The notes: generated by a model from the sequence alone, not told the origin. A DNA stretch of 61,922 nucleotides, filler included, from Globobulimina sp. (GCA_003354225.1; 26 parts of 26 records of this genome joined end to end with filler, not necessarily neighbours in it); one strand, 5' to 3'; positions 1-13,911 are shown, counted from the whole stretch's first letter. Translations and numbers: made by a program.

Positions 1-140
1 CAAAAAACATGAAATATATTTTAGAAATATTCAAAAAAAAGAAAAGTGGTAATATATATTTTTATAAATAAGAGTACGAAATAGAGGCTATAGAAGTAAA
101 TAATATGTGGGAAATAAATAAAAACAGTGACTTTCAGAGT

Positions 141-1683
141 TCAGTCCAATTGGAAATTGTGTGTGTTTACATATTTCAGCACATCATAATCGTCGCAGAT
201 CCAGTCGCACGGACTCGAATCAGCAGAGAAGTCATTCTCCCAATCATACGGCGCAGAGTCCACCACCGTCACCGACGGCACATTATTGATTTCATCCAAT
301 TGCACCTTCTTAGGCCGGGCCTGCGCATACGTCGAAATCGAGATATTTTCCAACTCTCTGTTTGCACATCACAACATATACAAAACTATGCGTACCGCAA
401 CACATACAAACAAGCGACAAACCTGTACGATTTGCATGGGATCAACGAGGGGTTGGACTGGAACAAGATCTCCATCACACAGCGATAGTTCATCTCACAC
501 GAATTCAATTCGTGCGCCACATCCCGCGCATCGGTGCCATATTGCGATGCTTCAAAGTGCTGAATCCACCATGTTTTGTCCAGTATTAATTGAGAATAAT
601 TGTCCCCAGTAAAAGGGTCATAGATTGAGCGTAATTGAGTGGATAACTCGCGATACATACTATGAATGCATCCATTCTCGTTTATTGCACTTGAAACAGG
701 CACTCGTGCTTCAAATACCTCCTCTTGGCGGCGTAGACATAGCCGTAGCGGCAACGGCGCCGCGTTGTCCTCAGAACTTGGCGTTAATGGCAATGTACAT
801 TGCGGTGCATGGGGCGGCACATTTGTGTCCATAACATCATCGAAGTCAAAGCTGAAATTGGTGGTTACATCATCAATGTCAAAATCTAATGGCAAGTCGT
901 CCTCAGTTTGGTCGTGACTGTGGTCGTGGCCGTGGCCGTGGTCGATGGGCGTATTGGTATCGTCGTCCGTGTGCATGAAAAATAATAGGTTTTGACTGTC
1001 TTTCCATTTCAATAACATTACAAACTCTTCGTCGGCGTCATAGTGCAACGTATGCAGTACATTGGCGTCGTGGGCGTGTTGCCGTGGCGCGTATAACCAT
1101 TCCCTTTTGATTTTAAGTATGAAGATGGCGGAGAATAAGATGTGAGTTGGGACGCGATTGTACGACTCGTATAATCCAAGGAGCGATACGAAGGCTACGC
1201 GATGTTGGATGGCCGTGTTGTATAACGTAGCATTTCTGTACGTAATTTTTATATTTTTTTTTTACGCAAAAACGCATAAAATTTATTTAATGTAATTAAA
1301 AAATTAGTATATGTACAGTACGTTTTTTGTTGTTGTTTTTGATGGAAAGAAATGAAAAATTTCTCATAATCTGCAACCGATTGGGTGTCAGAAGCAATTT
1401 GGTTGTGTTTGTTTTCAATTTCTTTGTTGTTTATAATATCGACCATCATGTCTTTGATAGTGAGACTTTGACTGTTTACATGGTTTAAATTCAATGAAGG
1501 GATGGAAGTGATTGATGCGGATTCACTTTTATGTGAGTTTGTGAGTTTTAATTTTAATTTGGATAGTCTTAGTTTGGCGTTTTTATTGTTGTTGTTGTTA
1601 TGTTGTGTTTTATCGTTTGATAATTTGCTGTCAAATTTTGTGTTCAATTTGAATTTGCGTTGAGTGGAGTGATTGTGTCCCAT
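141..1683 (-). CDS. Hypothetical protein, 3 exons, with N-myristoylation-like start
   Basis: GT-AG introns at about 1321-1236 and 395-358 join ORFs 1249..1803, 386..1048 and 141..353 in frame. Starts MGHNHS (MGxxxS). Confidence 0.6.
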
Positions 1684-2103
1684 TATGTGAATAAATGCAG
1701 AATAATATATTATATATTTCGATATTGGAAGCAAAAAAACATGTGGGACAGCCAATGGAATGTTAGAAAAAATAGTTTTTTTTTCAAACTTAAACTCGTA
1801 CATATTTATTTAGTTTCATTTTTTAGTTTCATTTTTTTGTCGCTGATACCAATTGACTTTTTAGGTTCACACCATGTCATTGGCTCTCTTTTTAATATTT
1901 TGATTTTTAACAACTAGATTTGGCAGAAAAATGGAATTATTATTAACAACTAGATTTTTACGATCATCCGAACGATATCAAGCCAAGATTAAATTGAAAA
2001 TGTGAAAGGAGTTTAAATTGTGATGTTTGAACTAGTCATATATACAATCATTCAATATTGAAATTGAAATTGCAAATGATTTAATTGTTGAATTGCTATC
2101 TAA

Positions 2104-2287
2104 TTATTTGGTGTTATATGATAAAATCTCTATTGATCCATTACCCCCAAAATAACCACCATCCATAGATACAGCAACATAATATTTTCCTTTCTTAATC
2201 TTTGACAAAACACCCAAACTTTCTCCGTTTTTATAAAAAGATATTTGCAAATTATTAAAATCCAAATAAAGAATAATAATATCATTT
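2104..2287 (-). CDS. C-terminal fragment of a SPRY/B30.2-like domain protein
   Basis: Minus frame reads DIIILYLDFNNLQISFYKNGESLG...YYVAVSM, a typical SPRY C-terminal strand pattern. Cut by the contig end. Confidence 0.55.
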
Positions 2288-2387
2288 NNNNNNNNNNNNN
2301 NNNNNNNNNNNNNNNNNNNNNNNNNNNNNNNTTAATTAATTAANNNNNNNNNNNNNNNNNNNNNNNNNNNNNNNNNNNNNNNNNNNN
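2288..2387. other. Artificial contig-joining spacer, N44-TTAATTAATTAA-N44; first of 25 such spacers, one about every 2,385 bp
   Basis: Identical 100-bp block with stops in all six frames. Intervening segments shrink monotonically from 2287 to 2284 bp, as expected for size-sorted contigs. Confidence 0.98.
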
Positions 2388-3380
2388 TAGCTTGTATGCC
2401 GGATCTCGCATGTTTTAATATCGTTCTCTTTGTGTTTTGCACCGCATTGCTAACTTTAACAATATCTTGCTTTGTCACTCCAGGATCAGTAACAAATTGC
2501 ATCCAGGCCTCAGATTTTAAATGCATTGCATCGGGATTTGTATACCTTCCATTTCGCATTTCTTTGTTAAATCCATATTGTTCTAATTTCTGTTGTAAGG
2601 CTGCTTCGATTTTGTGTGTCTGGCACCAAGTGGGCCACCACATTGGTTGCATCGCCTCCTGGCCGGAGTACAAAAATAGTAATATTTGCTGTATTGCCAG
2701 TTGGATCTCAGAATCCCATAATCTTTTATGTATCCCTTGATGCACTCTGAAATCAAATGTTCTGCGCGCTTCAATTTGTGCTCGTGATAACTTGCCAGAT
2801 TTAGGATTGTTTGGATCTTTGTGCAGGAATTTCTCGTCCACTATGCCTGGTAACTGCACTGAATGATGTTTCACTGTGATATCAATTTTAACGTCGGCGA
2901 GATTTGCTGTGCCTGGAAAATAAATAAATAATGTCCTACCTGTTAAGAATTGCAGATTTGCAGTGCTTAATCGTAAAAAAAATATATGTGTATGATACCA
3001 TGGTCGCGTGTGCCCATATAAAACTGTATGGATTTGCTGCCAATCAGATTTGTGCTACGTTGATATACTTCAGAAAAATCACGTTTGGTAGCCACGAAAT
3101 TATCCATTCCTTTTGGATATAATGCGTACGCTAGAAAGTCAATGTGATTTATGGGTTCAGCTTTGGAGCCGGATGTTTTTGTTAATAAGTCTGGAAATTG
3201 AGCTTGTGTTTTTTGGGAGCAATATGAACCTTTGGTTGGATGGTCAAAGACTTCGTAAATTAAATCGCGAGTGCACCAGTCTCGTACATCAGAATCAGTC
3301 TCAAATTTTCTGTGAATTTTGGTATTCGCAATGAAAGCGAGGCATGATAGCATTAGGAATAAACGATTGAAAGTATTCAT
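2388..3380 (-). CDS. Hypothetical protein with signal-peptide-like N-terminus, probably spliced, 3' partial
   Basis: ORFs 2967..3380 and 2332..2874 on the same strand, separated by a short AT-rich intron-like gap. Hydrophobic N-terminus. Confidence 0.45.
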
Positions 3381-3492
3381 GTTTATTTCTCCAACACCAC
3401 GTCACGTTGTGTAATATCTGGTGTTCACAAAGGGCGGTATTGAAGTCACCAGTGACCAGTGGAGTTTTTTTTATTTTATTTTGTTTGCAAAC

Positions 3493-4674
3493 ATGTCACA
3501 GTCATCCAAACAAGAAAGTGATGGTTATTCCGACATGCCACTCAATACACGCCAACAAAGCGCAGTGCAAATCATCAAAATGTGGTATCCAATACAACAA
3601 CAACACGCAAAATGTGTTCAAACCGCAATCACCGTTATCTCCAATGTATTATACCAACCAGCACAAGAAAAATATCACAAATTACGTTTAAACAAACCAA
3701 AAGTCAAAAAATCCATTGTCGACATTAATGGCGGTATCAAATTATTAAAATTAGCCGGTTTCTCCCAACAGACAGAAAACGACGGCAATAAAATATTATG
3801 CATCGAGGCGCCAACAACTATGGAAGAATTTGAACAGCTGACCGATATTTGGTTAATTTTATTAAAAACTCAGTATAATTGGGGCATTAATCCAGACCCA
3901 AACGCCTCGAAAACGTCCATATTACCAAAACAATTTCAAATACCAAACACTATAAAATATAAAATGGAAACTTTTTTTCGCAGCAATGACATTGCCAAAT
4001 CACCGCAATTTCAACAATATGTCAAAAAATCAAACGATCCAAATGTATCACCGAACGCTGAACAAAGATACAATTATTTTGCCGCAGCAATCAAAATGTT
4101 GTGCACTGCAGACAATGCAGTCAATTTTTTTGATTTAGAAGCGAGCCATGGTTTGAACGATATCGATGCTTCAGATGTCTGTGCATTGATTGTGTCTGAG
4201 ATTTTATGCGGTTATTACGATGAAGATAAAGCTTATACAAATTTGATTTTAGCCGAGGACTTACGAATTATGGCTGAACAGCAAAAGGAGTTTGCTGCGA
4301 CTTTCCCAGCTCCAAAACAGCAGAAAATGTACGCAAAAGGTGATAAAATTGTATTGGAGATGAAAAGTGAAGAGTTGCAAGGCACAGTTCGATGGATTGG
4401 AGAGTCTGACAAATGGGAGAAAGGCTTGTGGTTTGGGGTGGAATTGGATTGCGAGAATGTGGTGTATGGCCATAATGGTTATTTTAACCAGGAACGCTTC
4501 TTTGGCTGTGCTGATAGTTTGGGTATTTATATTCGGCAAACACAGATTGTAAAACTAATTCGCAGTGTTCCAGAGATGAAAAATAATGACAATGTTGTAG
4601 ATAATGGCGGAGTTTATAAGGTGGTGGACATTGGCTGCGGATGGGGCAATTTCGGAAAGTTGTTGATGGATAAA
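3493..4674 (+). CDS. PUB-domain + CAP-Gly-domain protein followed by a SAM-methyltransferase motif I, 3' partial
   Basis: PUB: ISNVLYQPAQEKYHKLRLNK...GGIKLLKLAGF. CAP-Gly: GTVRWIG...WFGVELD...GHNG...FF...GIYIR. VVDIGCGWG at the contig end. Confidence 0.75.
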
Positions 4675-4774
4675 NNNNNNNNNNNNNNNNNNNNNNNNNN
4701 NNNNNNNNNNNNNNNNNNTTAATTAATTAANNNNNNNNNNNNNNNNNNNNNNNNNNNNNNNNNNNNNNNNNNNN

Positions 4775-7061
4775 GACCATCGAATATGATAATATTGTCG
4801 CCGCAGCATTTATAAAATACATAAATGATAAACAATTTGACGAAGATACGTTAAAAATTGATATAGAAGATATAAGTAATTGTTCAGTGCTGAAACATTT
4901 AACACAAACATTTCCAAAACTATTCGCCAATGGAGAAAAGCACAAAAAATTATCCACACTTTTACACAATGCATTAAAAGCAGCGAGTGTTCCCAATCCA
5001 AATATAAAGCGCTTTAATATGAACAATTGGAGGTCGCGGCATGCCAGAATAGAGAATTCTAAATATTTATGCGTTTACGCCAATGAAAAGAGGAGAAAAT
5101 GTCTCGATAACATTGACATAACAAATTGTAAAATTTATTCTAATAATCAATCTACGAAAGAATTCCTCATTGTCAATGTCAAAAATAAAAACTATCAATT
5201 TCAATGTCGCTCTATTTCGGACGCAAACCATTGGCTGCTATTTCTGCAAGAAATCAATGTTTAGTATTAATATTTTGTTAATTGTGCACCACCAACAACG
5301 CTGTTTTCGTACAATAACTGTTTATTTGTATACAGAATAACGGGCCACGGCATTCCATCTCCGACGGAGAAGACCAACCGGAACTTGACTTTGCCGAAAT
5401 GTCTAAACGTGCTTCGCAACTAATTGACGTTGTACATACACCAAAATCCACAAATCTTAGAAAAACATTTAATTCATTTCTACCAAACAACAAAATTCAA
5501 CAAGAATCTCAAAACACGCCAAATGCACCAAATGCAGTGGAATATGCACCAAATGTTAATATCATTGATGTTATTGACCAATCCTTGCAAATCTATTACA
5601 GCTTTTTCCCAAATGCAGTGTATAAAAATAAAGACAACATTGGCAAATTCAAAGCATTTTGTATCGAACAGGGGTTTGACAATGACCACGAACAAATAAA
5701 GGATGAATTGGAAGATCAAATGGATTGTACCTTGCTTTCATTCGACGAGGATTACAATGACCCAAACAACAAACCATTTCCCGCTCGAATTCGCTGTGGA
5801 TGCAAGCAAACGCGATGCTGAAATATTTAAAGTGATAAAACATTGTTATATTTATCGAAAGCCTCCAAAACCACTGCTTCCGTTTGAAAAGGATGAATTT
5901 AATTATGTCTTACAACCATTTAATCGCAAATCCAAGTCAATGCTGCCTTCGATTAATATGAAAGTGAAAAGCGGCTTTGTTCGGTCAACAGAGTGCGGAT
6001 TACGGCTCAATAAAAACAAAACACATAATTGTATGATAAAAATTAAACATTTAAATGCTTCGTTAAGGCAACTTATTGGCATCTCCATGCATACCGATAA
6101 CCATTTATTTAGGTTTGACTTTGCGTGCTTACTAATTGACGCATACCATCGATATTGTATTGTGAAAGAGATTATTTTTGACAACAACAACAATAAAAAA
6201 GATGGAACGGACGACAGTATATTTACAGATAATGTGTTAAATGCTGTGGACGACAATAAAGATATCAATGCTGTGCTTGTTGCTAAGTTACAAAGGTATA
6301 TAAAACGGGAGGAGTTCGACACCGATGCTATCATCGACGACATTGACTATTACGGCCAATCAAATATATATAACGTATTAAACAATAATATTAAAATTAT
6401 TGATATTATTCAACAGCAAATATATAATAAACTAGTCATACAACACAATCAGTCGCAACAGCTCGTCTATGGACAGATATATTGGAATGTGAGCCGTAAC
6501 CGGAACATGCAAATCGTATTAAAAACGCGCAAAGTTGTCAGCAACGTAGAAGCGCAGTTAGAGGCAGCATATAATGTGTTGGTCGAAAAAGAGGACACCA
6601 AAGGAATAATATTACTGATTAATGGGAGAGTGATGAGGTACTCCCATCACAATGACGCAATCAAAGAGTTACATAAACAGGCACTCAACGATTATACTGA
6701 CATTTTCTTTCGATTTATGAGCAGCAATGCATTTTATTGGTCCTTGGCCAGCGCTAAAAAGAAAGACGTTCAATTCTTCAAAGCGGCATTCCAAAACTGT
6801 TAAGAATATCTAATTTCATATGATTATGATTGACAATGTTTTGTGTACGCAGTTGGCCAACAAATTTGTGCCCCATTGACCCTTAAAAATATGAGCAAAA
6901 TAAATGATAATATATTTATTTTCTGGGTCTACATATGGTGCTGCAGCAAAGTGGTCAAATCGTATATGCAATCTGGTAATATTGCGATTCCGTTGCAAAT
7001 TGATTTAGTAATCATCCCAAACAGCACAGACAATGACGCCGACAGCGACCAACAAGTATCC
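4775..7061 (+). CDS. Large hypothetical multi-exon gene fragment with a PH-like segment; apparent frameshift near 5780
   Basis: Consecutive plus-strand ORFs 4887..5264, 5399..5821, 5703..6803 and 6843..7061. FLIVNVKNKNYQFQCRSISDANHWLLFLQ resembles the PH C-terminal strand and helix. Confidence 0.45.
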
Positions 7062-7249
7062 NNNNNNNNNNNNNNNNNNNNNNNNNNNNNNNNNNNNNNN
7101 NNNNNTTAATTAATTAANNNNNNNNNNNNNNNNNNNNNNNNNNNNNNNNNNNNNNNNNNNNAAAATAACTTTTTTCAAACAAAAAGGTTATATGTAGAAT
7201 TGTATATGAAATTTCGTACAACTTGTTGTTATAAAAACTGAAAATGTAA

Positions 7250-7500
7250 TAATATAATTTAAAATAATTTAATATAATTTAATAATTTAATATGTTTTAA
7301 TTGATTTAATATGATTTAATTTAATAATTTAATATGTTTTAATATAATTTAATATGATTTAATATAATTTAATTTTTAAAATTATATTAAATCAATATTA
7401 AATCATTTAATTTAATTTTTTAAATTATATTAAATCATATTAAATTATATTAAATCAAATTAAATTATTAAATTATTTTAGATTTTAATAGATTTTGTTA
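7250..7500. repeat. AT-only 10-bp-unit minisatellite arranged as a foldback
   Basis: Units such as AATATAATTT/AATATGATTT run to about 7375, then their reverse complements (AAATTATATT/AAATCATATT) follow. Confidence 0.7.
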
Positions 7501-7750
7501 AAAAAAAATGACCGTCATTTTTTGTATACAGTATACAAAAAAACAGAAAATGACCGTCATTTTTTGCAACAAACGAGATCATTTTCTGTGAAAACCTAGG
7601 TTTCAAACATCTGACTTTAATGCATTTCTTTCAATGAAGTCAACGACTGCAAGTCAGAGAGAAAAAAGCTTAATAATGTTTGCATGAAAATGGATCGATA
7701 AAATGAGAAAGTGGCAAAAAAAATATTGACAATTTTTGTACGAATTCTAT

Positions 7751-9266
7751 TCAGTTAAAACTCAGTAAATCCAGAAATGGATCATTATTGGTATTGACAT
7801 TCTTCTTTTTTAAGACACGCGCCTTTCCTCCGCTTATCGCTGATCCATTCTTAGTGCCATTCATATTCGTTCCGCTCAAATCAGTCACAAAAGAGCCAAA
7901 ATTATTGTTGTTATTCGCGTCATTTGCATTTGGAACTGGGACACTCGACCACCAATCATCTAAATTATTGTTATTCGCATTATGATCAATATTATTATTA
8001 TTATTATTATTGTTGTTATCGCCCAAAGTGCCCCAATTTGACCATGCAAACTGATCATCATTAACAGCTTCGGGAGTTTTAATGTTTAAAGAAAGCAACA
8101 AATCATCACTGGTATTATTAATATTTGCTTTTTGATTCGGATTATCCGTCGATGATATAAACAAACTGGCAAATCCCAATAAATCTGATTCTTTTGACTC
8201 TGATTCTTTGCTTTGTTTATATTTTTCATCTACAATATCCTCCAAATTAGCATCTTTTGCTTTTTTCTTTCTTTTCCTCTTTTTCTTTTTCTTAATAGCT
8301 TCTTGTTGTAATTGGCCAATATATTTTTTTAATTTATGTGCCAATGATTCAGGTAACTTACAATCAAATTAAATTAAATAGAATATATATTATATGATGA
8401 ATATATTACTAAACAGTATTAAATTTGGGGGCGTATTGGTGATTAACAATTCCTAATTTAACAACTTTAGAGAACCATGGCTGATACGCACAATTTAAGG
8501 CAAAATATTGTTGGTATGTGTTGGATGTCCACTTTGCTTGTTGGATATCTAATTTTTGAAATGCACACAATAACTGCCACAATATCAGCTGGATCGAACT
8601 ATAAATGCGCAACGAATCTTTGATTAACAACAACATGGCTTCTTTGGTGAGTGCGTGAACCATAAAGGTCGAACCATCGATTTGCGGATCGACCTCAATG
8701 AGACATGATAATTGCTTCATTATTTTTGGTAACACTTTGCCCAATGTATTTAGATCAAAATTGGAGAAAAAATCTTTGTTATTTTGAACCAATTTGCGTT
8801 CAACATTAAAATTTAATTGTTTATATACATTTTGTTTTTCCAATAAATATTGAGAGTATTTACGAATAAATGTACTTTGAACAATCGAAGTGGAGCTGGT
8901 ATTATCAACATATTTGTTTGTTAATATAAATACGCGCTCCTTTCCATATTGACCAAATTCTTCAATTAGCGATGGACCACATTCTCGAAATAATATATGA
9001 ATGGTTATTAATGATTTAATGGCTACTTTCCATGATAAAGAATTGTTTGTCATTCTATTTACACGTTTTCCAAACATTTCTGTTAACATTAAATTTTTAT
9101 TTGTTGATGTATCGTATCCTGTTCCCGCCAATTCTAATTCAACATAATCACAAATGGTTTTGATATGCTTCCTCTTCGGTGCTTGTTCGTCTTCAAAGGT
9201 AGCTTTGACCACAGCGGTTTCGACTGCTGTTAAGCCAACAGTTGCAATCACGCGTTTAACGGACAT
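7751..9266 (-). CDS. ANTH-domain clathrin assembly protein (AP180/PICALM-like), 2 exons
   Basis: AVVKATFEDEQAPKRKH, WKVAIKSLITIHILFREC, FIRKYSQYLLEK. Low-complexity tail ending in DPFLDL. Intron at about 8357-8411. Confidence 0.85.
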
Positions 9267-9548
9267 AGTCACATTAAAGGAGCAGACTCAAGCACAACCC
9301 AAAAAACTTGCACATGATATATATCGGGTATAGTCATTTTGGGATTTTCATACCAAATAAAATCATAATTATTGTGTTTAACGATGTCGTTTATATTCCT
9401 ATTGATGTCATTGTTTATTTTATTCTCTGTTACAGACTCATCATAATANNNNNNNNNNNNNNNNNNNNNNNNNNNNNNNNNNNNNNNNNNNNTTAATTAA
9501 TTAANNNNNNNNNNNNNNNNNNNNNNNNNNNNNNNNNNNNNNNNNNNN

Positions 9549-10317
9549 GTCACCTCCTTAAACTTTGTCGAAAATATGATCACAAACAACATTCAAGACA
9601 ACGCAAATATTTCCTTGATGGCATTTTCCTCGCAAACTGATCGTATTTATCATTTTAGTGATTCGCAAAATGATCAAAGAGCGGGTGCTTTGGCAGCATT
9701 ACAGTCAGAACGAGCTGATTACAGAGGCGGTATGACGTGCATGAAATATGCATTAGAATTGTTGGAAAACGAGATTGTGGCGGATCCCAATATAAATTCG
9801 GATGATAAAAACATATTATTCTTGATGACGGACGGTATGCACTGATCGTACACATTAAGCTAATTCCCTCATTTTCTACTGATTATATATAGGTAATCCG
9901 AATTGTGGCGGTGATGTCTGTGATATGAAAGCGCCTTTGGATGCTTTGGGTGTCGAGACGTGGGTAATTGGAATTGGTGCAGGTTTTGATCGGAATGAGG
10001 TGCGTTGTTTAGTTGACTTAGATACGCGGATTATTAATATTGCGAACTTTGATACAGAGGATTTTTATAAAATTGAATCGCAATTAAGGGTCACTGTCTG
10101 TCCCATTGTATTTGAAGAAAGCATATTTGCACAAATTAGTGGTTTAATGTATGATTATGGGTTGGATAGTGGTGCTGTTTCGTTTTGGGTATTTGTTGCT
10201 GGATTTGTTATTATTGCCTTAGGATATTGGCACAGAGAAAGATTATGTCACAAATCTGGCAAATATCAACCAATTATTGATCGTGAAGAATGTTATGGGG
10301 CTACCACCAGAGTTTAG
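9549..10317 (+). CDS. vWA-domain membrane protein, 5' partial, 1 intron
   Basis: GGMT...ALELL, ILFLMTDG-intron-NPN, TWVIGIG, then a C-terminal TM helix. Confidence 0.75.
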
Positions 10318-10606
10318 GCTGTTTTTGTATATATATATTTAGGCTGTTTTTGTTTTTTTGTTTTTTGTCGTCCATTTTTATTCGGTACGCTATAATATTA
10401 CCGAAGATGGATAATGCCGTTTAAATTGCAGTCTGCTGTGTGTTTATTATTTTTATTTTTGTATTATTGGTTTATAATTTATATCCTTAAATTCAAACTT
10501 CCTCTCTCATTGAAATAGAACCTTGAATCAGAAACGTTACCTTTAAGCCCGAATATGTGAGTATGTGAGTTTTTAAAAGTTAAAAAACCGTACTAACTTT
10601 ATCAAC

Positions 10607-11835
10607 ATGAGCACCATCACCGAGGTTACTGAGGAGGCGTCTGAGAGGTCTACGTCATTGTCATTTTCAGACAGCCAAGAAATGCAACTATTTGATGAAA
10701 ACACAGCCATGGAAGCACCTAAAACTAATGCAATAATATCACCAGGAAGCAACAATCACAATAAATTCATAAAAGCTGCACCATCATTACTACAATTATT
10801 AGCCATTGGCAATACATCAACAAACAACAATTCATTAGCAAACACCGGGCGATTGGGAGGCATACAAGAAAATGACAACGCATTCTTAGCCGAAAACGAA
10901 GATAATAACTACAACAATAACAGCAATAATCATGATTTCCAAGCATTATCATTGAAAGCAGCCCAAGAATTCGAGACATTGACCTCACAAAACGATGAGT
11001 TATTTCGTGAAAAGGAAAAATATAAACAGAAATATGATGACATTATCCATGCGATGCAAGACTTGGAATCAAAACTAAATGAGGCACAATTATATGAACA
11101 ACAACATCAGCAATTATTGCTTGAAAACGCCAATTACGAAAGCAAAATGCAAGTACATCAGCAAGAAAAACAGATATTGCAAGAAACGATTCAGGATTTA
11201 AAAAGTAAAGAAATTGCTTATAATCAGCCACAACATGTACAAGAATATAACGACCCTGATATTATGGACGCGGTTACCCAGAACCATGACAATAATGACA
11301 ATGACAACCATAATAACAATGATAATAATAAATTGATGGTACAAATTACGCATTTAACCAAAGAGAAACATCGCATGGAAGAAGAGTTGGACGCATTTAA
11401 ATTGGTCGTCAATGATAAGACAGCAAACACAAATGCATTAAACCAGAAATTGTTGGAGTCTGAGAGTGAATGCAAGCGCTTGTCTGATAATTTAACCGTC
11501 CAACAAGACAAATATATTCAATTGGAACAGTCCAAGAATCAACAGAGACATCGGTATGACCGGAAAATGACGGTGACTACCAATGAAATTGCAGATGAAC
11601 ACAAGGCGAAACAGAGTGGATTACAGAAACGAATCGAGAATCAGAAACAAAAGATATTGGAGTTAGAGAGAGAGAATCGGGCCTTACAGAATGAGAAATT
11701 TAGCAAAACGAAGAGGAAAAGTTCAGTGAAACATGCACATTTGAGATTGCGCACAAAAAATAATGTATTTGGCGGTGACCTCGACACATTTGATGAGGAT
11801 CCGTTTGGTGATTGTGGTGATTTCGAGGATGATGA
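10607..11835 (+). CDS. Coiled-coil protein, 3' partial
   Basis: ORF of more than 400 aa with E/K/Q-rich heptads and Asn-rich linkers. Confidence 0.6.
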
Positions 11836-11935
11836 NNNNNNNNNNNNNNNNNNNNNNNNNNNNNNNNNNNNNNNNNNNNTTAATTAATTAANNNNNNNNN
11901 NNNNNNNNNNNNNNNNNNNNNNNNNNNNNNNNNNN

Positions 11936-12225
11936 TCTGAATGTTGAGGGACTGCAGATTGATAATATAACAATGTTTTGTCCATATCCATGCCAGCTCC
12001 AATTATGGTTGTCGCCATTTTAAAACAATTTAAATTTAAAGTCGATGGTTTGAATGCTGTTGGGATGGTCAATGCGTGCAAATCCACAATGCTTAGTATT
12101 ATTTTCTTATTTTGATTTTCAATTTGTTTTGATAAGTTGACCCAATTTCGAATGGCGCCAAGATAATTTCCAATGTGTGCTTCGCCGGTTGGCTGGATAC
12201 CAGACATAATTCGTTTGCCTATCAT
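11936..12225 (-). CDS. WARS2: Tryptophanyl-tRNA synthetase, bacterial/mitochondrial type, N-terminal part
   Basis: SGIQPTGEAHIGNYLGA (HIGH motif), SIVDLHALT, YYQSAVPQH. Confidence 0.9.
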
Positions 12226-12461
12226 TGGGTGGATATTACATTAATTGTGGATATTTCTGAAAGTTTCAAAATTGTCAGTCGGGATAACAAGACCTTTAGA
12301 TATTACTTTGAGACTCATTTGTATTGTTGAAAGACTCAAGTGCTCATCCTCATCGATGTGCATATATTTAATTCAATAAAAAAAAACCTTTCTAAACACT
12401 GCTTATTTCAAATTACTCGGATTTGAACGCATTTGTTGTGAAAACAATATATAAATCAATG

Positions 12462-13856
12462 CTATGCAACATGCAGTACACAATTCTTTTTATGATAAAT
12501 ATCAATTACAGCGAATGAACCAACTATCACTATGACCAGTACATGGAACCATTGACAATCTTTTATATCCTCGTTTTCATCATTTGTGTGATTGTTTTGT
12601 TCTGCTTCACTGGATCCATAACACGAACATGATAAACTGCTAAACACAATCAATACAATCACAATGCATGCACCACTGATTAAACTGCACCAATACACAA
12701 ATTTTAAAACGTTTCTCATTGCCTTCCCTCGTTGATAAAAAAAATAAACATTTATAAACGTAGGTAACACGGTGGCCCACGAAAACAAACAACTCTCATA
12801 CTCATGATACGCAAAACCAAATCCAACCAAGCTGCCAACATAAATAATAAACGCGATTAACTGCCAATATTTTACGTCTATCGAATGTTGCTCATTGCTT
12901 TCTTCTTCATCAACATCCAATACTGCACCATATTTATATTCATATTCCTCATGGTCATCACAATCAAACTCTTCACAGTTTGTAGTTTCTACAGAATGTG
13001 ATGGCAGCAAATCAAGTGGCTTAATATCCAATGGACTGCCTGCGCTGTCATGAAACTTAGAGGCTAATAAAAGTCTGGATGCTTTCGTTTGTATTTTATC
13101 CACCGGATGTATCAAATCCAATGTCAGGACAATCAATGATAAACATGGCAATATATCAATTATATATTGATGCGAAAATACTTGATATATTGTCAGGATA
13201 AATACGGATAATAATACCAGAATGTAAACAATATATAATAACATTCGTATTCGTGCAGAAACGGATTTGCGTGCAATGTATATTGACCTCTGCACTGATC
13301 TGTATGTCGATTTTGCTGCCATTGTCAAGCCAGGAATGAGTATTAATTTGAAGAGTAATATCAGTGAGATATATATGCCTAAAAATGCTAAACCTGATCC
13401 TAATGTCCATAAATATAACATATTCCAACGATGGTTGTTCCATGATTTAATGGCGCCAATTGTAATGATTATGCTATATGTTATTAAACAGATGCTACAG
13501 ATTATAATCTTTATTACTGTTTGTTTGATGATAGAAAGGTAACAGCAGCAATATATTAAACCAACTGCCAATCCAATGAATGTCAAAAGAAATGCTTGCA
13601 TTGATTTTGCTTGGACACAATTGTTATATGGATTGTTTCTGTTCCATTCAAAATTGCTTTCTGATGGGCATAAAGATTTGTTGTCACAATATTCTTGAAT
13701 ATTTATACATTCCTTTGTCACATTACAAAACCCACACCAACCGAATAGTTGATTGCTACTTTGTCGTTGACTGACACAATTTTGTTCATCAGCGGCAGTG
13801 CAATGACTGTGTACGGATATAATATATGCAGTAAATACTAACACTGTCGATTGCAT
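12462..13856 (-). CDS. Multi-pass membrane protein with a Cys-rich (PSI-like) extracellular N-terminus
   Basis: 464-aa ORF with a signal peptide, FGWCGFC...C and about 9 hydrophobic segments. Confidence 0.6.
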   Translation of the reverse strand: MQSTVLVFTAYIISVHSHCTAADEQNCVSQRQSSNQLFGWCGFCNVTKECINIQEYCDNKSLCPSESNFEWNRNNPYNNCVQAKSMQAFLLTFIGLAVGLIYCCCYLSIIKQTVIKIIICSICLITYSIIITIGAIKSWNNHRWNMLYLWTLGSGLAFLGIYISLILLFKLILIPGLTMAAKSTYRSVQRSIYIARKSVSARIRMLLYIVYILVLLSVFILTIYQVFSHQYIIDILPCLSLIVLTLDLIHPVDKIQTKASRLLLASKFHDSAGSPLDIKPLDLLPSHSVETTNCEEFDCDDHEEYEYKYGAVLDVDEEESNEQHSIDVKYWQLIAFIIYVGSLVGFGFAYHEYESCLFSWATVLPTFINVYFFYQRGKAMRNVLKFVYWCSLISGACIVIVLIVFSSLSCSCYGSSEAEQNNHTNDENEDIKDCQWFHVLVIVIVGSFAVIDIYHKKNCVLHVA

Positions 13857-13911
13857 GCGATATGGTGTTTTTCAAAGTCTAAAGCGCCAAAACATTCGTA
13901 GTATTTGAATC

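Noticed and set aside
11936-12225. Bacterial-type TrpRS as evidence of contamination or horizontal transfer
   Set aside because: Mitochondrial TrpRS is normally of this type, and its neighbour on the contig looks eukaryotic.
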